The notes under the pieces are model-generated. The model was given only the letters and a program-made list of their open reading frames with translations, was not told the DNA's origin and made no database searches. The position numbers were made by a program, and so were the translations under genes. Below are positions 20,873-30,450 of a stretch of 64,000 bases of DNA, one piece after another. Source of the DNA: Cyanobacteria bacterium auto_48_18 (GTDB lineage Bacteria; Cyanobacteriota; Vampirovibrionia; Obscuribacterales; Obscuribacteraceae); NCBI GenBank assembly GCA_036170915.1, contig JAVHQC010000036.1, positions 1 to 64,000 on the forward strand. The letters are read 5' to 3'. The first letter of the stretch is position 1. Every line of letters begins with the position of its first letter.

Positions 20873-22058
20873 CATCTTTAGGCCGAGACCTAGATAGAAC
20901 TGCCCCAATAGTTGATGACATCACAATATCTAGCCCGGCCAAAATCAAGGAGGCCGACAGTGAGCAAATTGCAAGTTGCGGTAGTTGGGGAGGCAGTTGG
21001 GGAAGCAAATGAGACATATTCGACAAAACCAGACTCACGCCTGCCGCTGTTAAGGAAGCACCAAGGGTGACACCAGTTTTAAAACTAAAAGTGGCTGCTA
21101 ACCAACCACCTATACCCTTTTGATTGAGAAATCTTCGACTCCACGAATGACTGCGAGCCAGCATCCCCAGGGCAATAGCCTGGCAGGCCACCACAGTTAG
21201 CACCGGTGCAGCAAAGCCCAGAGTTTTCAAAACATTTTGATCAGCGGTAATGGAATCATTGAAATTTAAGAACAACAAGGCGTGCAGCACTAAACCAGAA
21301 GCGAGTATCAAAACGGCGGGATAGAGAAAAAGCTTATCAGGACAGTAAAATAACATCAGAAGCAGGCTGCGCCATCCGTCCACAAAAGTATTGAGCTTAG
21401 ATACACCCTGCCGCGGGCCAAGCCTGGTCGGTATTTCACACACCGACATTTGAGCCAGACCGGCATTTATGGCCAGCTCCAGATTGAACTCCATACCTGT
21501 GCTGACTGGTGCAATGCGATTATATGTGCTGCGGGAAAACGCTCGTAACCCACAACAAACGTCACTGTATTTGGTGCCAAAGAAAAAGTTGAGTAGCCAG
21601 GTCAGCACTGGATTACCAACATATCGGTGGAGAAACTTGATATTGGCTCCGCCGTCAGCGAGAAAGCGGCTGCCAGTAACAAACTCTTTGCCTTCAAACT
21701 CTAGCTTCTGCAGCAAGACTGGTATCAAATTGAAGTCATATGTGTCATCGGCATCGCCCATGACGATAAACTTGCCAGTACTGAAGCCAATGCCGCATAT
21801 GTAGGCGTTGCCATAGCCTGCTGCCGGCTGATGCACTACTTTCACTCCTAGAGTCTCTGCTATCTGCACCGAGCGGTCAGTAGAGCCATTGTCGCAAACA
21901 ATAATTTCGCCTTGAATATTCTCAGTGGCAAATACACGCTGAATTTTTTCTATGCAAGATCCAATGGTTGCTTCTTCATTGAGGCATGGCATCACAACCG
22001 ATACTAGGGGCGCCTGAGTTGTTACCAATTCAGAGAGTCTCTCCAGTAACAGTACCAA
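20838..22058 (-). CDS. GT2 polyprenol-phosphate glycosyltransferase (DPM1-like) with C-terminal TM helices
   Basis: VSVVMPCLNEE, DNGSTD, GYGNA, MGDADDTY and SKLNTFVDGWR motifs. True start is probably near 22028. Confidence 0.85.
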   Translation of the reverse strand: MVLLLERLSELVTTQAPLVSVVMPCLNEEATIGSCIEKIQRVFATENIQGEIIVCDNGSTDRSVQIAETLGVKVVHQPAAGYGNAYICGIGFSTGKFIVMGDADDTYDFNLIPVLLQKLEFEGKEFVTGSRFLADGGANIKFLHRYVGNPVLTWLLNFFFGTKYSDVCCGLRAFSRSTYNRIAPVSTGMEFNLELAINAGLAQMSVCEIPTRLGPRQGVSKLNTFVDGWRSLLLMLFYCPDKLFLYPAVLILASGLVLHALLFLNFNDSITADQNVLKTLGFAAPVLTVVACQAIALGMLARSHSWSRRFLNQKGIGGWLAATFSFKTGVTLGASLTAAGVSLVLSNMSHLLPQLPPQLPQLAICSLSASLILAGLDIVMSSTIGAVLSRSRPKDANDLAKSPQNH

Positions 22059-22476
22059 CCACCTTTTTTAAGTGGTCACACAAATAATCTGCACAAATTT
22101 TCGGCTTAATATCTTGAATAGTGCATTGATGATTTTCTAAGAATTGGCATGGATAAAGCTTGTCAGGCTCCATAAGTACTCTTAAGGCTGGGAAATGTGC
22201 AGGGTTTTGCCAACAGGCTCTCTCTGGAAAGAGTTTATGACCTTCCGGATATTCCACAAAAACTTCGTTATATTTGTACTTTTTGTTGAAGCGCGCATTC
22301 AGTCTTTCCAGAAACTCTCTGGCGTCAGTAATTGGACCCATAATCCAATCCCTGTCGCCTAAAGTGCAACAAATTCCGGCCTGGCCTTTGACTCCATAAC
22401 AATTGCGCTGGCAAGTGTAATAGATGATGCTGTCGCGGATAGCCTCATCTGTTGGGGCCTCACTCATATTAATCAC
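22030..22476 (-). CDS. YkgJ-family cysteine-cluster protein
   Basis: CxxxC...CC, then PCQFL...CTI...KPKICADYLC. Confidence 0.75.
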   Translation of the reverse strand: MINMSEAPTDEAIRDSIIYYTCQRNCYGVKGQAGICCTLGDRDWIMGPITDAREFLERLNARFNKKYKYNEVFVEYPEGHKLFPERACWQNPAHFPALRVLMEPDKLYPCQFLENHQCTIQDIKPKICADYLCDHLKKVVGTVTGETL

Positions 22477-22555
22477 CGCTTGATTTAGCTGAAGTAGTCA
22501 TTATTTAAATACCCAAATTGATGCCCTTCCATTTGCATAATTATTTATCGCCAGC

Positions 22556-23731
22556 TTAGCGACCGATAATGCCTGCCGCTTTCATGGCCAGTATTTGCTC
22601 ATCAGTCAGGCCAATCGATTTCAGCACCACTTCCGTCTCAGCCACAGCCTCTTTATTGCTGCAAGACCAGTCGTTGCCACTTACTGGCTCTTGATTGCGC
22701 CTGATGGGGTTGGTTAGCTGCGGCACGGGGCCCAGCGTGCTGTGATCCATGCGGGTAACTATATGGCATTGACCCTCAGGTAGAAAATTGACGGCTTCGC
22801 TGACTTTATTCACAGGCGACACACAGCAATTGGCGTCCTGAAAGACTGCCACCCATTCAGCCATTGTTTTTGTCTGAATGACCGCGGCAATTTCGTCGGT
22901 AATAAAAAGGCGATCCTTGAGAAGGTCTCTTTTAAGCAGATCGGTGCGATTAATCAACGTCAGGAATTTGATCCAGAACTCAGATTCCACAGGCGCTACG
23001 GCCAGGTATCGGCCATCCTGACAGAGGTAAACGCGATGGTTTGGCAATGCGTCAGGATATTTGGTGTGAATCTCTGATGGATCAAGATTGAGGTAGAGAC
23101 TCATGGTGCCTTTAACTCCCAGTGCAGAGAGTGCACTTTCAAACATGCTGATCTCTAGCTTCTTACCCTTGCCATTTTGCTCTCGCTCGAATAAGGCAGC
23201 GACAATCGCAAGTGCAGCATAGGTGCCAGACATATAATCAGAGACGAAAACTGCCGGCATTATGGGCACGCCGTTTTGATCTTGCGTTTCATACAAAATG
23301 CCGGTTTCGGCAACAAAATTGAGGTCGTGCCCGGGCCGCGCACTCCACTCAGACTGTGAGCCGTACCCGCTAATTGAACAATAAACCAGTCTGTTGTTGA
23401 TCTTCTGCAGAGCATCCGCACCGAGGCCCAATCTTTCCATCACAGCTGGGCGGAAATTCTCAATTACAACATCAGCGCTCTCTACCAGCTTGTGTACAGC
23501 CCTGATACCGGCCGCGCTTTTTAAATCTATTTTGATGCGACGCTTATTGCGATGCAGACTCCAGAAATAAAGACTTTCACCGTCAACAATTGGTGGTAGA
23601 CGCTCATTTAAAGTCGGTTCCTGGCGCTCTATTCGCAATACTTCTGCACCCATGTCACCCAGTAAGGTAGACGCTATTTCACCAGGCAGTAGATGGGTAA
23701 AGTCGAGCACTTTAATATGAGCAAGTGACAT
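22556..23731 (-). CDS. CaiB/BaiF family III CoA-transferase
   Basis: GGAGG RBS; VLDFTHLLPG, LGDMGAEV, RNKR, ENFRP, SISGYG and GHDLNF motifs. Confidence 0.9.
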   Translation of the reverse strand: MSLAHIKVLDFTHLLPGEIASTLLGDMGAEVLRIERQEPTLNERLPPIVDGESLYFWSLHRNKRRIKIDLKSAAGIRAVHKLVESADVVIENFRPAVMERLGLGADALQKINNRLVYCSISGYGSQSEWSARPGHDLNFVAETGILYETQDQNGVPIMPAVFVSDYMSGTYAALAIVAALFEREQNGKGKKLEISMFESALSALGVKGTMSLYLNLDPSEIHTKYPDALPNHRVYLCQDGRYLAVAPVESEFWIKFLTLINRTDLLKRDLLKDRLFITDEIAAVIQTKTMAEWVAVFQDANCCVSPVNKVSEAVNFLPEGQCHIVTRMDHSTLGPVPQLTNPIRRNQEPVSGNDWSCSNKEAVAETEVVLKSIGLTDEQILAMKAAGIIGR

Positions 23732-23759
23732 TGAGCCTCCTGAATGCATCAAATCAAAC

Positions 23760-23797
23760 AAAAGGGCGCAGAAATCGTTAGATTGCCTGCGCCCTTT
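23760..23797 (-). terminator. Intrinsic terminator after icd
   Basis: AAAGGGCGCAG...CTGCGCCCTTT inverted repeat with a T-run on the minus strand. Confidence 0.7.
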
Positions 23798-23826
23798 AGA
23801 TGAGCGGTTCTAGAATACCGGTGAAA

Positions 23827-25083
23827 TTAGCCCATGTTCTCGATCAGAGCATTGGCAAATTCACTGGTTTTGAGTTTAGTGGCACCAGTCATCAAACGCT
23901 CAAGGTCGTAAGTGACTTTTTTCTGCATGATGGTCTTGCTGACAGATTCGGTAATCAAATCGGCAGCTTCTGTCCAGCCCATGAACTCAAGCATCATCGC
24001 GCCGGAAAGAATAACGGAACCAGGGTTGATCACGTCTTTGTCGGCATACTTCGGTGCAGTACCGTGGGTAGCTTCGAAGATAGCGCAATCATCGCCAATG
24101 TTGGCTCCAGGAGCCAGACCCAAACCACCTACCTGTGCGGCACAGGCATCAGAGAGGTAGTCGCCGTTCAAGTTAGTTGTGGCCAATACTGAATATTCAT
24201 CAGGTCTGAGCAATACTTGCTGGAACATGGAGTCGGCAATTCTGTCTTGCAACAAAATTTTGCCTGCTGGCAATTTACCGTCATGCTCAGCCCACATTTT
24301 CTCTTCAGAAATGACTTCTTTGGCAAATTCTTTTTCGCCTACCTGGTAGCCCCAGTCTCTGAAAGCGCCTTCAGTGAATTTCTGAATATTGCCTTTGTGC
24401 ACCATAGTTACTGATTTCTTACCGCGAGCGATTGCGTATTCAATTGCTCGTCTAACCAGACGGTCTGAACCAAATTTAGATATTGGTTTGATGCCGATAC
24501 CTGATTCAGGACGAACTGTTTTGCCGTGTTTGGCACAGAGGTCAATGAACTCTTGAGCTTCAGGTGAGCCGGCGACAAATTCGATTCCGGCATAAACGTC
24601 TTCAGTGTTTTCGCGGAAAATAACGACGTCGAGCTTCTCTGGTGATACTACTGGTGATGGCACGCCTTTAAAGTGGCGCACTGGGCGAACACAGCAATAC
24701 AGATCAAAGATTTGACGCAGAGCAACGTTCAAGCTGCGAATACCACCGCCAACTGGAGTGGTCAATGGCCCTTTAATGGCCACGCCGAATTCTTTCAAGG
24801 CGGCAATAGTGTCTTCAGTCAACCACTCGTCAAAATTGTCTTTAGCTTTTTGTCCGGCGAAAACTTCGAACCAGGCAATCTGGCGTTCGCCGCCATAAGC
24901 TTTTGCCACGGCCGCATCAATCACTCGAACGCTGGCCTTCCAGATGTCACGACCTGTTCCATCGCCTTCGATAAAAGGGATGATTGGCTTGTTTGGTACA
25001 ACGGGTTTACCGTCTTTGAAGGTAATTTTTTCGCCTTGTGGAACGGTCACGCCGTTATAGGTCTTGTCTATCACTTGTCCCAT
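23827..25083 (-). CDS. icd: NADP-dependent isocitrate dehydrogenase
   Basis: [44 protein letters not shown] and [11 protein letters not shown] motifs; AGGAG RBS. Confidence 0.97.
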   Translation of the reverse strand: MGQVIDKTYNGVTVPQGEKITFKDGKPVVPNKPIIPFIEGDGTGRDIWKASVRVIDAAVAKAYGGERQIAWFEVFAGQKAKDNFDEWLTEDTIAALKEFGVAIKGPLTTPVGGGIRSLNVALRQIFDLYCCVRPVRHFKGVPSPVVSPEKLDVVIFRENTEDVYAGIEFVAGSPEAQEFIDLCAKHGKTVRPESGIGIKPISKFGSDRLVRRAIEYAIARGKKSVTMVHKGNIQKFTEGAFRDWGYQVGEKEFAKEVISEEKMWAEHDGKLPAGKILLQDRIADSMFQQVLLRPDEYSVLATTNLNGDYLSDACAAQVGGLGLAPGANIGDDCAIFEATHGTAPKYADKDVINPGSVILSGAMMLEFMGWTEAADLITESVSKTIMQKKVTYDLERLMTGATKLKTSEFANALIENMG

Positions 25084-25335
25084 GTTTCTCCTTCGCCATA
25101 TACCTGGTCTCGCATCTGCCAAAAGACTAACAGCAGACTGGCAATAGGCTTAAAACGATCAACATTTACTAATTGTCGCTGGTACATCAGTTCATAATAG
25201 GAACTTTAAAGGTGGAAGGGTTGCCAGTAGCCGGCCAAATATTTGGCGTTCAAAATTAGTTTTGGGCTGAGGTCTTGGCTATTTGCAATGATTTGCGTAT
25301 ACTCTATAGCCAGTAGTAGCGCCGTCTAATAAGGT

Positions 25336-26796
25336 ATGACCGTGATTGAAAACACACCGGCAACTCCTGTTGGCTATAAGACATGTCGACTAAAAGCAGC
25401 GCTTCTTCTATCTAGTTTATGCATTACCTTATATGCATCAGCGGTGATGCCCGCTGTCGCTCAAACGAAAGCGAAAGCGCCTGAGGCCAAATCGCGTGAA
25501 GAAAAACCCCCAGCGCCTGCTGGCAAGGATAAGAAGGCCGCTGCACCAGCTAGTGCTTCTGCCGATATAGTTTTAATATCGAAGGCGAGGCGGGCGGAAA
25601 GCGACGATCGTTATGACCTGGCTTGCGATTATTTATCTCAGGCCATTACTGCTAATCCTAAAAATGCCGATGCCCACTATTTGCTCGCCTTATTTAAGGG
25701 GCGGCAGAACAATTATGACGTTTCTATTGATCAAGCAAAAAGGTGTCTGGCGCTCAGGCCAGGCTATGCACCCGCTTATTCTGTTCTAGGTCGTGCTCTG
25801 GCAGGTAAACGCAATTTGCCTGCAGCAGCCGCAGCGCTTGGCCAAGCCGTCAGGCTTGACCCGACCAATGCTACATCATATTCAAATTTAGCTGCCGTTA
25901 AAGGGATGCAGGGGGAATACCAAAAATCTGCTGAACTATACAGACAGGCCTTAAAATTTGCTCCGACCAACCTGACCGCCCACCTTGGCCTGGCATCGGC
26001 ACTGGGTAAATTGAATGACAAAGCCGGACAGATAGAAGCCTGTCGCAACGCCGTAAAAGTAGCGCCAAAGAGTTCAATTGCACATGGCCGGTTAGGTTAC
26101 GCCTTAACCCAGAATGGTGATACTGCTGGTGGTGTCTCAGAAGTAGTCAAATCGAACTTCCTCAGGGTGCAAGAGTCGTGGAATGATTTTCTTGGCATGT
26201 TCCTCACTGCCTGGGCTTCCGTCTTTCTCGCCTTCGCTGCCATTTTCGCCGTTTTGTTTGCCGGGTCACGTTTTAAACCGCAAGAAGGCGAAGTGGTTTT
26301 AAAATCATTCTTCCTGACTTTCTACAAGGATAAGCCAGGCCGATTTGTGGTCACTGATACTCGAATCGTCTTTGTGCCAGAATCTTTTTCAGCGTGGTTC
26401 GGCGCTACCAGAGTCAGTATTCAAAGACCCCAAATCGAGTCGATTAATTATCTCAGCACTGTTGGTGGTGGCACTGTATCGATATTGACTCGTGACCAAA
26501 GTGTGCACCAGTTCCGCATGCCTTTGTTGGTTTTAGATCCCGTTCGCAGCCTACTTGTCAGTCAGGGCTTGACAGCGCCTGACCCACTGGAAGCCGCGGC
26601 CGCAGCCAGTGCGGCCACAAGCTCAGCGACTAGTACAGTTTCTAATACAGTATCTAATACAGGTTCGAGTGCAGTCGCTAGCGCCGAGCTGCCTGTAAGC
26701 GAAGAGAAAAAAAACGAGACCGAAGAGAAGATTGAGGCTGAAAAGGCCAAAGAAGAAGCCAAAGAAGAACAGAAAGACGACAGCGAGAGAACTTAG
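25336..26796 (+). CDS. TPR-repeat membrane protein with C-terminal GRAM/PH-like domain
   Basis: Signal peptide, about 6 TPR repeats, one TM segment, then a GRFVVTDTRIVF PH/GRAM-like strand pattern and an acidic tail. Confidence 0.65.
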   Translation: MTVIENTPATPVGYKTCRLKAALLLSSLCITLYASAVMPAVAQTKAKAPEAKSREEKPPAPAGKDKKAAAPASASADIVLISKARRAESDDRYDLACDYLSQAITANPKNADAHYLLALFKGRQNNYDVSIDQAKRCLALRPGYAPAYSVLGRALAGKRNLPAAAAALGQAVRLDPTNATSYSNLAAVKGMQGEYQKSAELYRQALKFAPTNLTAHLGLASALGKLNDKAGQIEACRNAVKVAPKSSIAHGRLGYALTQNGDTAGGVSEVVKSNFLRVQESWNDFLGMFLTAWASVFLAFAAIFAVLFAGSRFKPQEGEVVLKSFFLTFYKDKPGRFVVTDTRIVFVPESFSAWFGATRVSIQRPQIESINYLSTVGGGTVSILTRDQSVHQFRMPLLVLDPVRSLLVSQGLTAPDPLEAAAAASAATSSATSTVSNTVSNTGSSAVASAELPVSEEKKNETEEKIEAEKAKEEAKEEQKDDSERT

Positions 26797-27177
26797 ATGA
26801 GTGTGATAAAAAATGTGCTCGGCACTAATTTAGAGCCGTGCTGTCACAATCCAGTGACTGGATTTTTTCGCGATGGGTATTGTTCAACCAGCCCTGAAGA
26901 TCAAGGCGTGCACACAGTCTGCGTGATTATTACAGATGAGTTTCTTCAGTATTCAAAATCGAAGGGTAACGACCTGTCTACACCAAATGAGCTTTATGGT
27001 TTTCCTGGCTTAAAGGCAGGCGATGCGTGGTGCCTTTGTGCCGCACGTTGGGCAGAAGCGCTAGAAGATGGCATGGCACCTCAAGTTGTCTTAGCCTCTA
27101 CCCACGCTGAGACGCTTCAGTTTGTCAGTTTAGAACAGCTCAAAGCTTACGCTGTGGAATTGCCCAAGAAGAAATAG
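26797..27177 (+). CDS. DUF2237 family protein
   Basis: NVLG...PVTGFFRDGYC, HTVC, GNDLSTP and FPGLKAGDAWCLCA motifs. Confidence 0.9.
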   Translation: MSVIKNVLGTNLEPCCHNPVTGFFRDGYCSTSPEDQGVHTVCVIITDEFLQYSKSKGNDLSTPNELYGFPGLKAGDAWCLCAARWAEALEDGMAPQVVLASTHAETLQFVSLEQLKAYAVELPKKK

Positions 27178-27366
27178 TTTTTCAAAAGAATAACTGTGTC
27201 GCAGGTGGGAGAATTATTCTCGGCTGATCTTGGCCGATAATTCGAATATCATTATTGTCGAGTATAAGAATTGTAGACCATTGCACAATACGCCTTATAG
27301 TCTCGTCGAATTAACGTCAAGTAATATCGTCGTATTGTCGACGAGTGTAATTGTCTTAAGCGGTAA

Positions 27367-28359
27367 TTGAAGTTGGAGCAAAAAATGGCAGCGCTGGTGC
27401 AACTGGATAAATTGGTCGTAGACGTTCTCGTCGATAACCAGAGTGATAGCTATTCAAGTAAACCTGCCCATGTCTCTCCTGAGTTCAATAATGTCATTAG
27501 TGCTGGTGCCAACGAAATATCCGGCAAAACGCTTTGCTGTGCCCAGCTGGGCTTTTCAGTAATGTTGACAGCCTTTGTGAGTGAAAGACAGCACAAGCTT
27601 CTATTTGATGTTGGCCCTGAAGCAGAGATATTTTTACGCAATTGTGAAAATTTGGGCGTGGCATTGAATGACGTAGAAGAAGTGGCAATCTCTCATGGGC
27701 ACTGGGATCACATGGGTGCGCTGCTTGGAGCTATGGATAAGGTTACTGGTGGCAAGCGCCAGGTCAATTGCCACGTTAACCCTGGTATGTTTCTCGAGCG
27801 AGCAGTGCAGTTGACTGATGGGCGCATCGTGCCGTTCGAGTTGGTGCCTTCCGCTAAAGCATTAAGCGAACATGGTGCCCTCGTAATCAGCGAGGCCAAA
27901 GAGCGCACATTGCTCGATGACTACTTTTATCTCAGTGGCGAAATTGCGCGAGTAACCGACTTTGAACTTGGTCGGCAAGATCACTTGGGCCGCACCTCAG
28001 TGTCGGAACCGTGGGTGCCCGACCCTCTTTTATTGGACGAGCGTTACCTAGCTGTGCATATCAGAAACAAGGGGCTCTTGGTTTTCAGCTCGTGTTCTCA
28101 TGCCGGCATTATCAATGTGCTGCTCGATTTGCAAAGCAGATTTGCCGACATTCCTATTTATGGATTAGTCGGCGGGTTGCATCTAGTTGGCACGCTGGAA
28201 GCAATTATTCCCCAGACCATTGAGCATCTCAAAACCTTTGATCTCAAGCAGATAGTGCCTGCCCATTGCACTGGCTGGCGAGCACAACATGCTCTACTTG
28301 AAGCATTTGGTGAAGATGTAGTGATACCGTCGGCGGTAGGTAGTCGCTTTCACTTTTAA
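27367..28359 (+). CDS. MBL-fold metallohydrolase (COG1237-like)
   Basis: LLFDVG, SHGHWDH, CSHAG, GGLHL and PAHCTG motifs. The start may be 27385. Confidence 0.85.
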   Translation: MKLEQKMAALVQLDKLVVDVLVDNQSDSYSSKPAHVSPEFNNVISAGANEISGKTLCCAQLGFSVMLTAFVSERQHKLLFDVGPEAEIFLRNCENLGVALNDVEEVAISHGHWDHMGALLGAMDKVTGGKRQVNCHVNPGMFLERAVQLTDGRIVPFELVPSAKALSEHGALVISEAKERTLLDDYFYLSGEIARVTDFELGRQDHLGRTSVSEPWVPDPLLLDERYLAVHIRNKGLLVFSSCSHAGIINVLLDLQSRFADIPIYGLVGGLHLVGTLEAIIPQTIEHLKTFDLKQIVPAHCTGWRAQHALLEAFGEDVVIPSAVGSRFHF

Positions 28360-28401
28360 AGCGCTAGCAATCAGAGTAATTTTGCTCGGCGAAACCGGTC
28401 T

Positions 28402-30325
28402 ATCGCGGTAGGGAGGAGGGTTGCCCCTCCCCACCCCGCACAGATCCGGACTAGCGGCTTTCCCGCATCCGGCTCCTACCTTAGGTCTTGACGCGAAAGC
28501 GCTCCAGCGGATAGGGATGAGTAATATGACCCCATGGTAGCCAGCGGTCAGACATTGCGTACATTCGCTCCCACGTGAAGTGGTCATTCTGACTTCGGTC
28601 GCGTAGCGCTTTCAGCCAGAAACCCACCACTCGAAATCGGAACGTGTTCAACGCCCTCAGGTTTGTCGGTACTCCATAATAGTTGAAGTGTCCCGTCACC
28701 ACTGATTTTAGCCACCGACACTGATGGAGTAATGGGAAATGTTTGCGGCTTTGAAGTTCGAGTTTTATCTCAGTTATCTTTGCTCGCAGCCTCTTCTTTT
28801 CCGTCTGTCGAAGTACCACAAACATGCTATTTTTCTTGGCCCCACATATGTGAGTGAATCCCAAGAAGTTGAATGTTTCTGGCTTTCCGCCGCCACCACG
28901 CTTTTTGAAGTTGTCGATTGCGAATCGACCAAATTCAATTAATCGAGTTTTGTCGGGGTGCAGTTCAAGTTTGAACTTTTGAAGTCTCTCCTTGAGTTCA
29001 CGCAAGAACCGCTCGGCATCCGATTTATATTGGAACGTCACAATGAAGTCGTCGGCATACCGCACCATTAGAATTTCTCCGCGTGCGTTCGTCCGACGCC
29101 ATTTGTGCGCCCAGAGGTCAAACACATAGTGGAGGTAGATATTCGCAAGTAATGGGCTAACACTGCCCCCTTGTACGGTCCCGACCTCGCTATGAGTCAC
29201 CTTCCCGCCCTCAAGCACGCCGGCCTTCAACCATTTCTGGATGAGGTGCACAACGCGCTTGTCAGCTATTCGGTGCTCGATGAATTTGATTAGCCATTCG
29301 TGGTCTAAGGCATCAAAGAAGCCATGAATGTCTGCATCGAGCACCCAGCTCACCTTCTTCGTCTGAAGTCCGACGTAGAGGGCATCCAGCGCATTGTGCT
29401 GGCTGCGTCCTGGTCGGAACCCATATGAAAATCCGAGAAAGTCTGTTTCATAGATGGCATTCAAAACCAGCACCATTGCCTTTTGGACTATCTTGTCTTC
29501 TAAGGTTGGTACGCCGAGCGGTCGCTGCCGACCATCAGGCTTGGCAATGTATACCCTCTTAACAGGCTTGGCTCGGTATGCTCCTCGCTTGAGCCTTTCG
29601 GAGAGGTCTATCAGATTCTCTTCTAGGCACTCTCCGTAGTGCTCCCATGTCTCATTATCGACCCCGGCGGCGGCCTCTCGATTGATGCCGAGATATGCCT
29701 CCCACAAAGTTTCGATGTTGTAGACGTGGTGCAGAAGCGCGGTGAACCGCATCTTCTTGTTTCCTTTTGCTGCTTTGCGTATCGTCTCCAGCTCATTTTG
29801 CACACTATCCCGGCGCTGTGTCCGGAGCATGTTTTGCTCAGACGAATTCCCTTTGGTCAGGTCCCTTCCCTCCATTTGCTCCGCGGCCGTCGAATTAGGT
29901 CCGACTTTGTTCGCAAACTTCGCAGGTACTACGGACCTGTCTGACTTCCCATCCTCGTGCATCACCGTCGTACTCCGTTAGCAGTTTCCCGGTGCGGACC
30001 AGAATTGCCAGCTCTGGCCGAGTATGGGATCTCCCGTTTTCCGCTCAAGAGGTTTCCATGCGTGCAAGTGGTCTCAGACCACGTGGGGCTCAACGACAAC
30101 TCGCGAAAGCGCTGTCGTTGATGTTGCCTTCCGCACATTATCACTGCGTCGGCGTCCCAGACTAAATTTTTCGAGGCTCAATACACTGCCCGCATGTGCC
30201 CCTGTCAACACTTCGTGCATACCTCGCGGTATTGGTCACGCATGACTCGGGGTCGTTGTGATTCGCTATTTCTTCAACGTGCAACTCTTACATTTGCTGC
30301 CTCCTGCCGACTTTTAACGGCGTCC
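28402..30325 (-). mobile_element. Complete group II intron (class E-like, En-minus), inserted in a dif-like site
   Basis: Minus strand: domain V GAGCCGGATGCGGGAAAGCCGCTAGTCCGGATCT (28442-28475); domain VI with bulged A ending CCTACCGCGAT (3' end 28402); EBS1 loop GTGATAATG (30136-30144) complementary to exon IBS1 CATTATC (30326-30332), which places the 5' end at 30325 (GGACG). Confidence 0.9.
28481..29965 (-). CDS. ltrA: Group II intron reverse transcriptase/maturase without endonuclease domain
   Basis: RT0 AAAGVD, RPLGVPTLEDK, SYGFRPGR, DADI, GTVQGGSVSPLLANIYLH, YADD, FNFLGF and maturase X domain. The first ~45 codons overlap RNA domains II-III, so the real start may be later. Confidence 0.95.
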   Translation of the reverse strand: MMHEDGKSDRSVVPAKFANKVGPNSTAAEQMEGRDLTKGNSSEQNMLRTQRRDSVQNELETIRKAAKGNKKMRFTALLHHVYNIETLWEAYLGINREAAAGVDNETWEHYGECLEENLIDLSERLKRGAYRAKPVKRVYIAKPDGRQRPLGVPTLEDKIVQKAMVLVLNAIYETDFLGFSYGFRPGRSQHNALDALYVGLQTKKVSWVLDADIHGFFDALDHEWLIKFIEHRIADKRVVHLIQKWLKAGVLEGGKVTHSEVGTVQGGSVSPLLANIYLHYVFDLWAHKWRRTNARGEILMVRYADDFIVTFQYKSDAERFLRELKERLQKFKLELHPDKTRLIEFGRFAIDNFKKRGGGGKPETFNFLGFTHICGAKKNSMFVVLRQTEKKRLRAKITEIKLELQSRKHFPLLHQCRWLKSVVTGHFNYYGVPTNLRALNTFRFRVVGFWLKALRDRSQNDHFTWERMYAMSDRWLPWGHITHPYPLERFRVKT

Positions 30326-30347
30326 GATAATGTATATTATGTTTCAT
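30320..30347 (+). other. dif-like XerC/XerD recombination site
   Basis: GCGTCCGATAA-TGTATA-TTATGTTTCAT versus E. coli dif GGTGCGCATAA-TGTATA-TTATGTTAAAT: 17 contiguous identical nt (ATAATGTATATTATGTT), located between convergent genes. Confidence 0.75.
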
Positions 30348-30450
30348 CGCCAATGTCGCGTCCCGAAAAGCTTATCTGGCTTGGGTTTTCGACACTGAAT
30401 TTTAAAGGCTTTTTCAGGCCGATTTGTTTTTACCTACGGATGATCCGACC

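Noticed and set aside
23800..25197. Long plus-strand ORFs opposite icd (130 and 174 aa) and similar antisense ORFs elsewhere
   Set aside because: They are shadows of strongly biased coding sequence on the other strand and show no recognisable motifs.
28481..29965. RT as a retron, DGR, CRISPR-associated or Abi RT
   Set aside because: It has RT0, YADD and maturase X domains and is followed directly by domain V/VI RNA. No template/variable repeats, msr-msd or cas genes were seen.
30132..30136. Canonical GUGCG (minus strand) as the intron 5' end
   Set aside because: It forms one arm of the EBS1 stem and would cut off most of domain I. EBS1-IBS1 pairing places the boundary at 30325.
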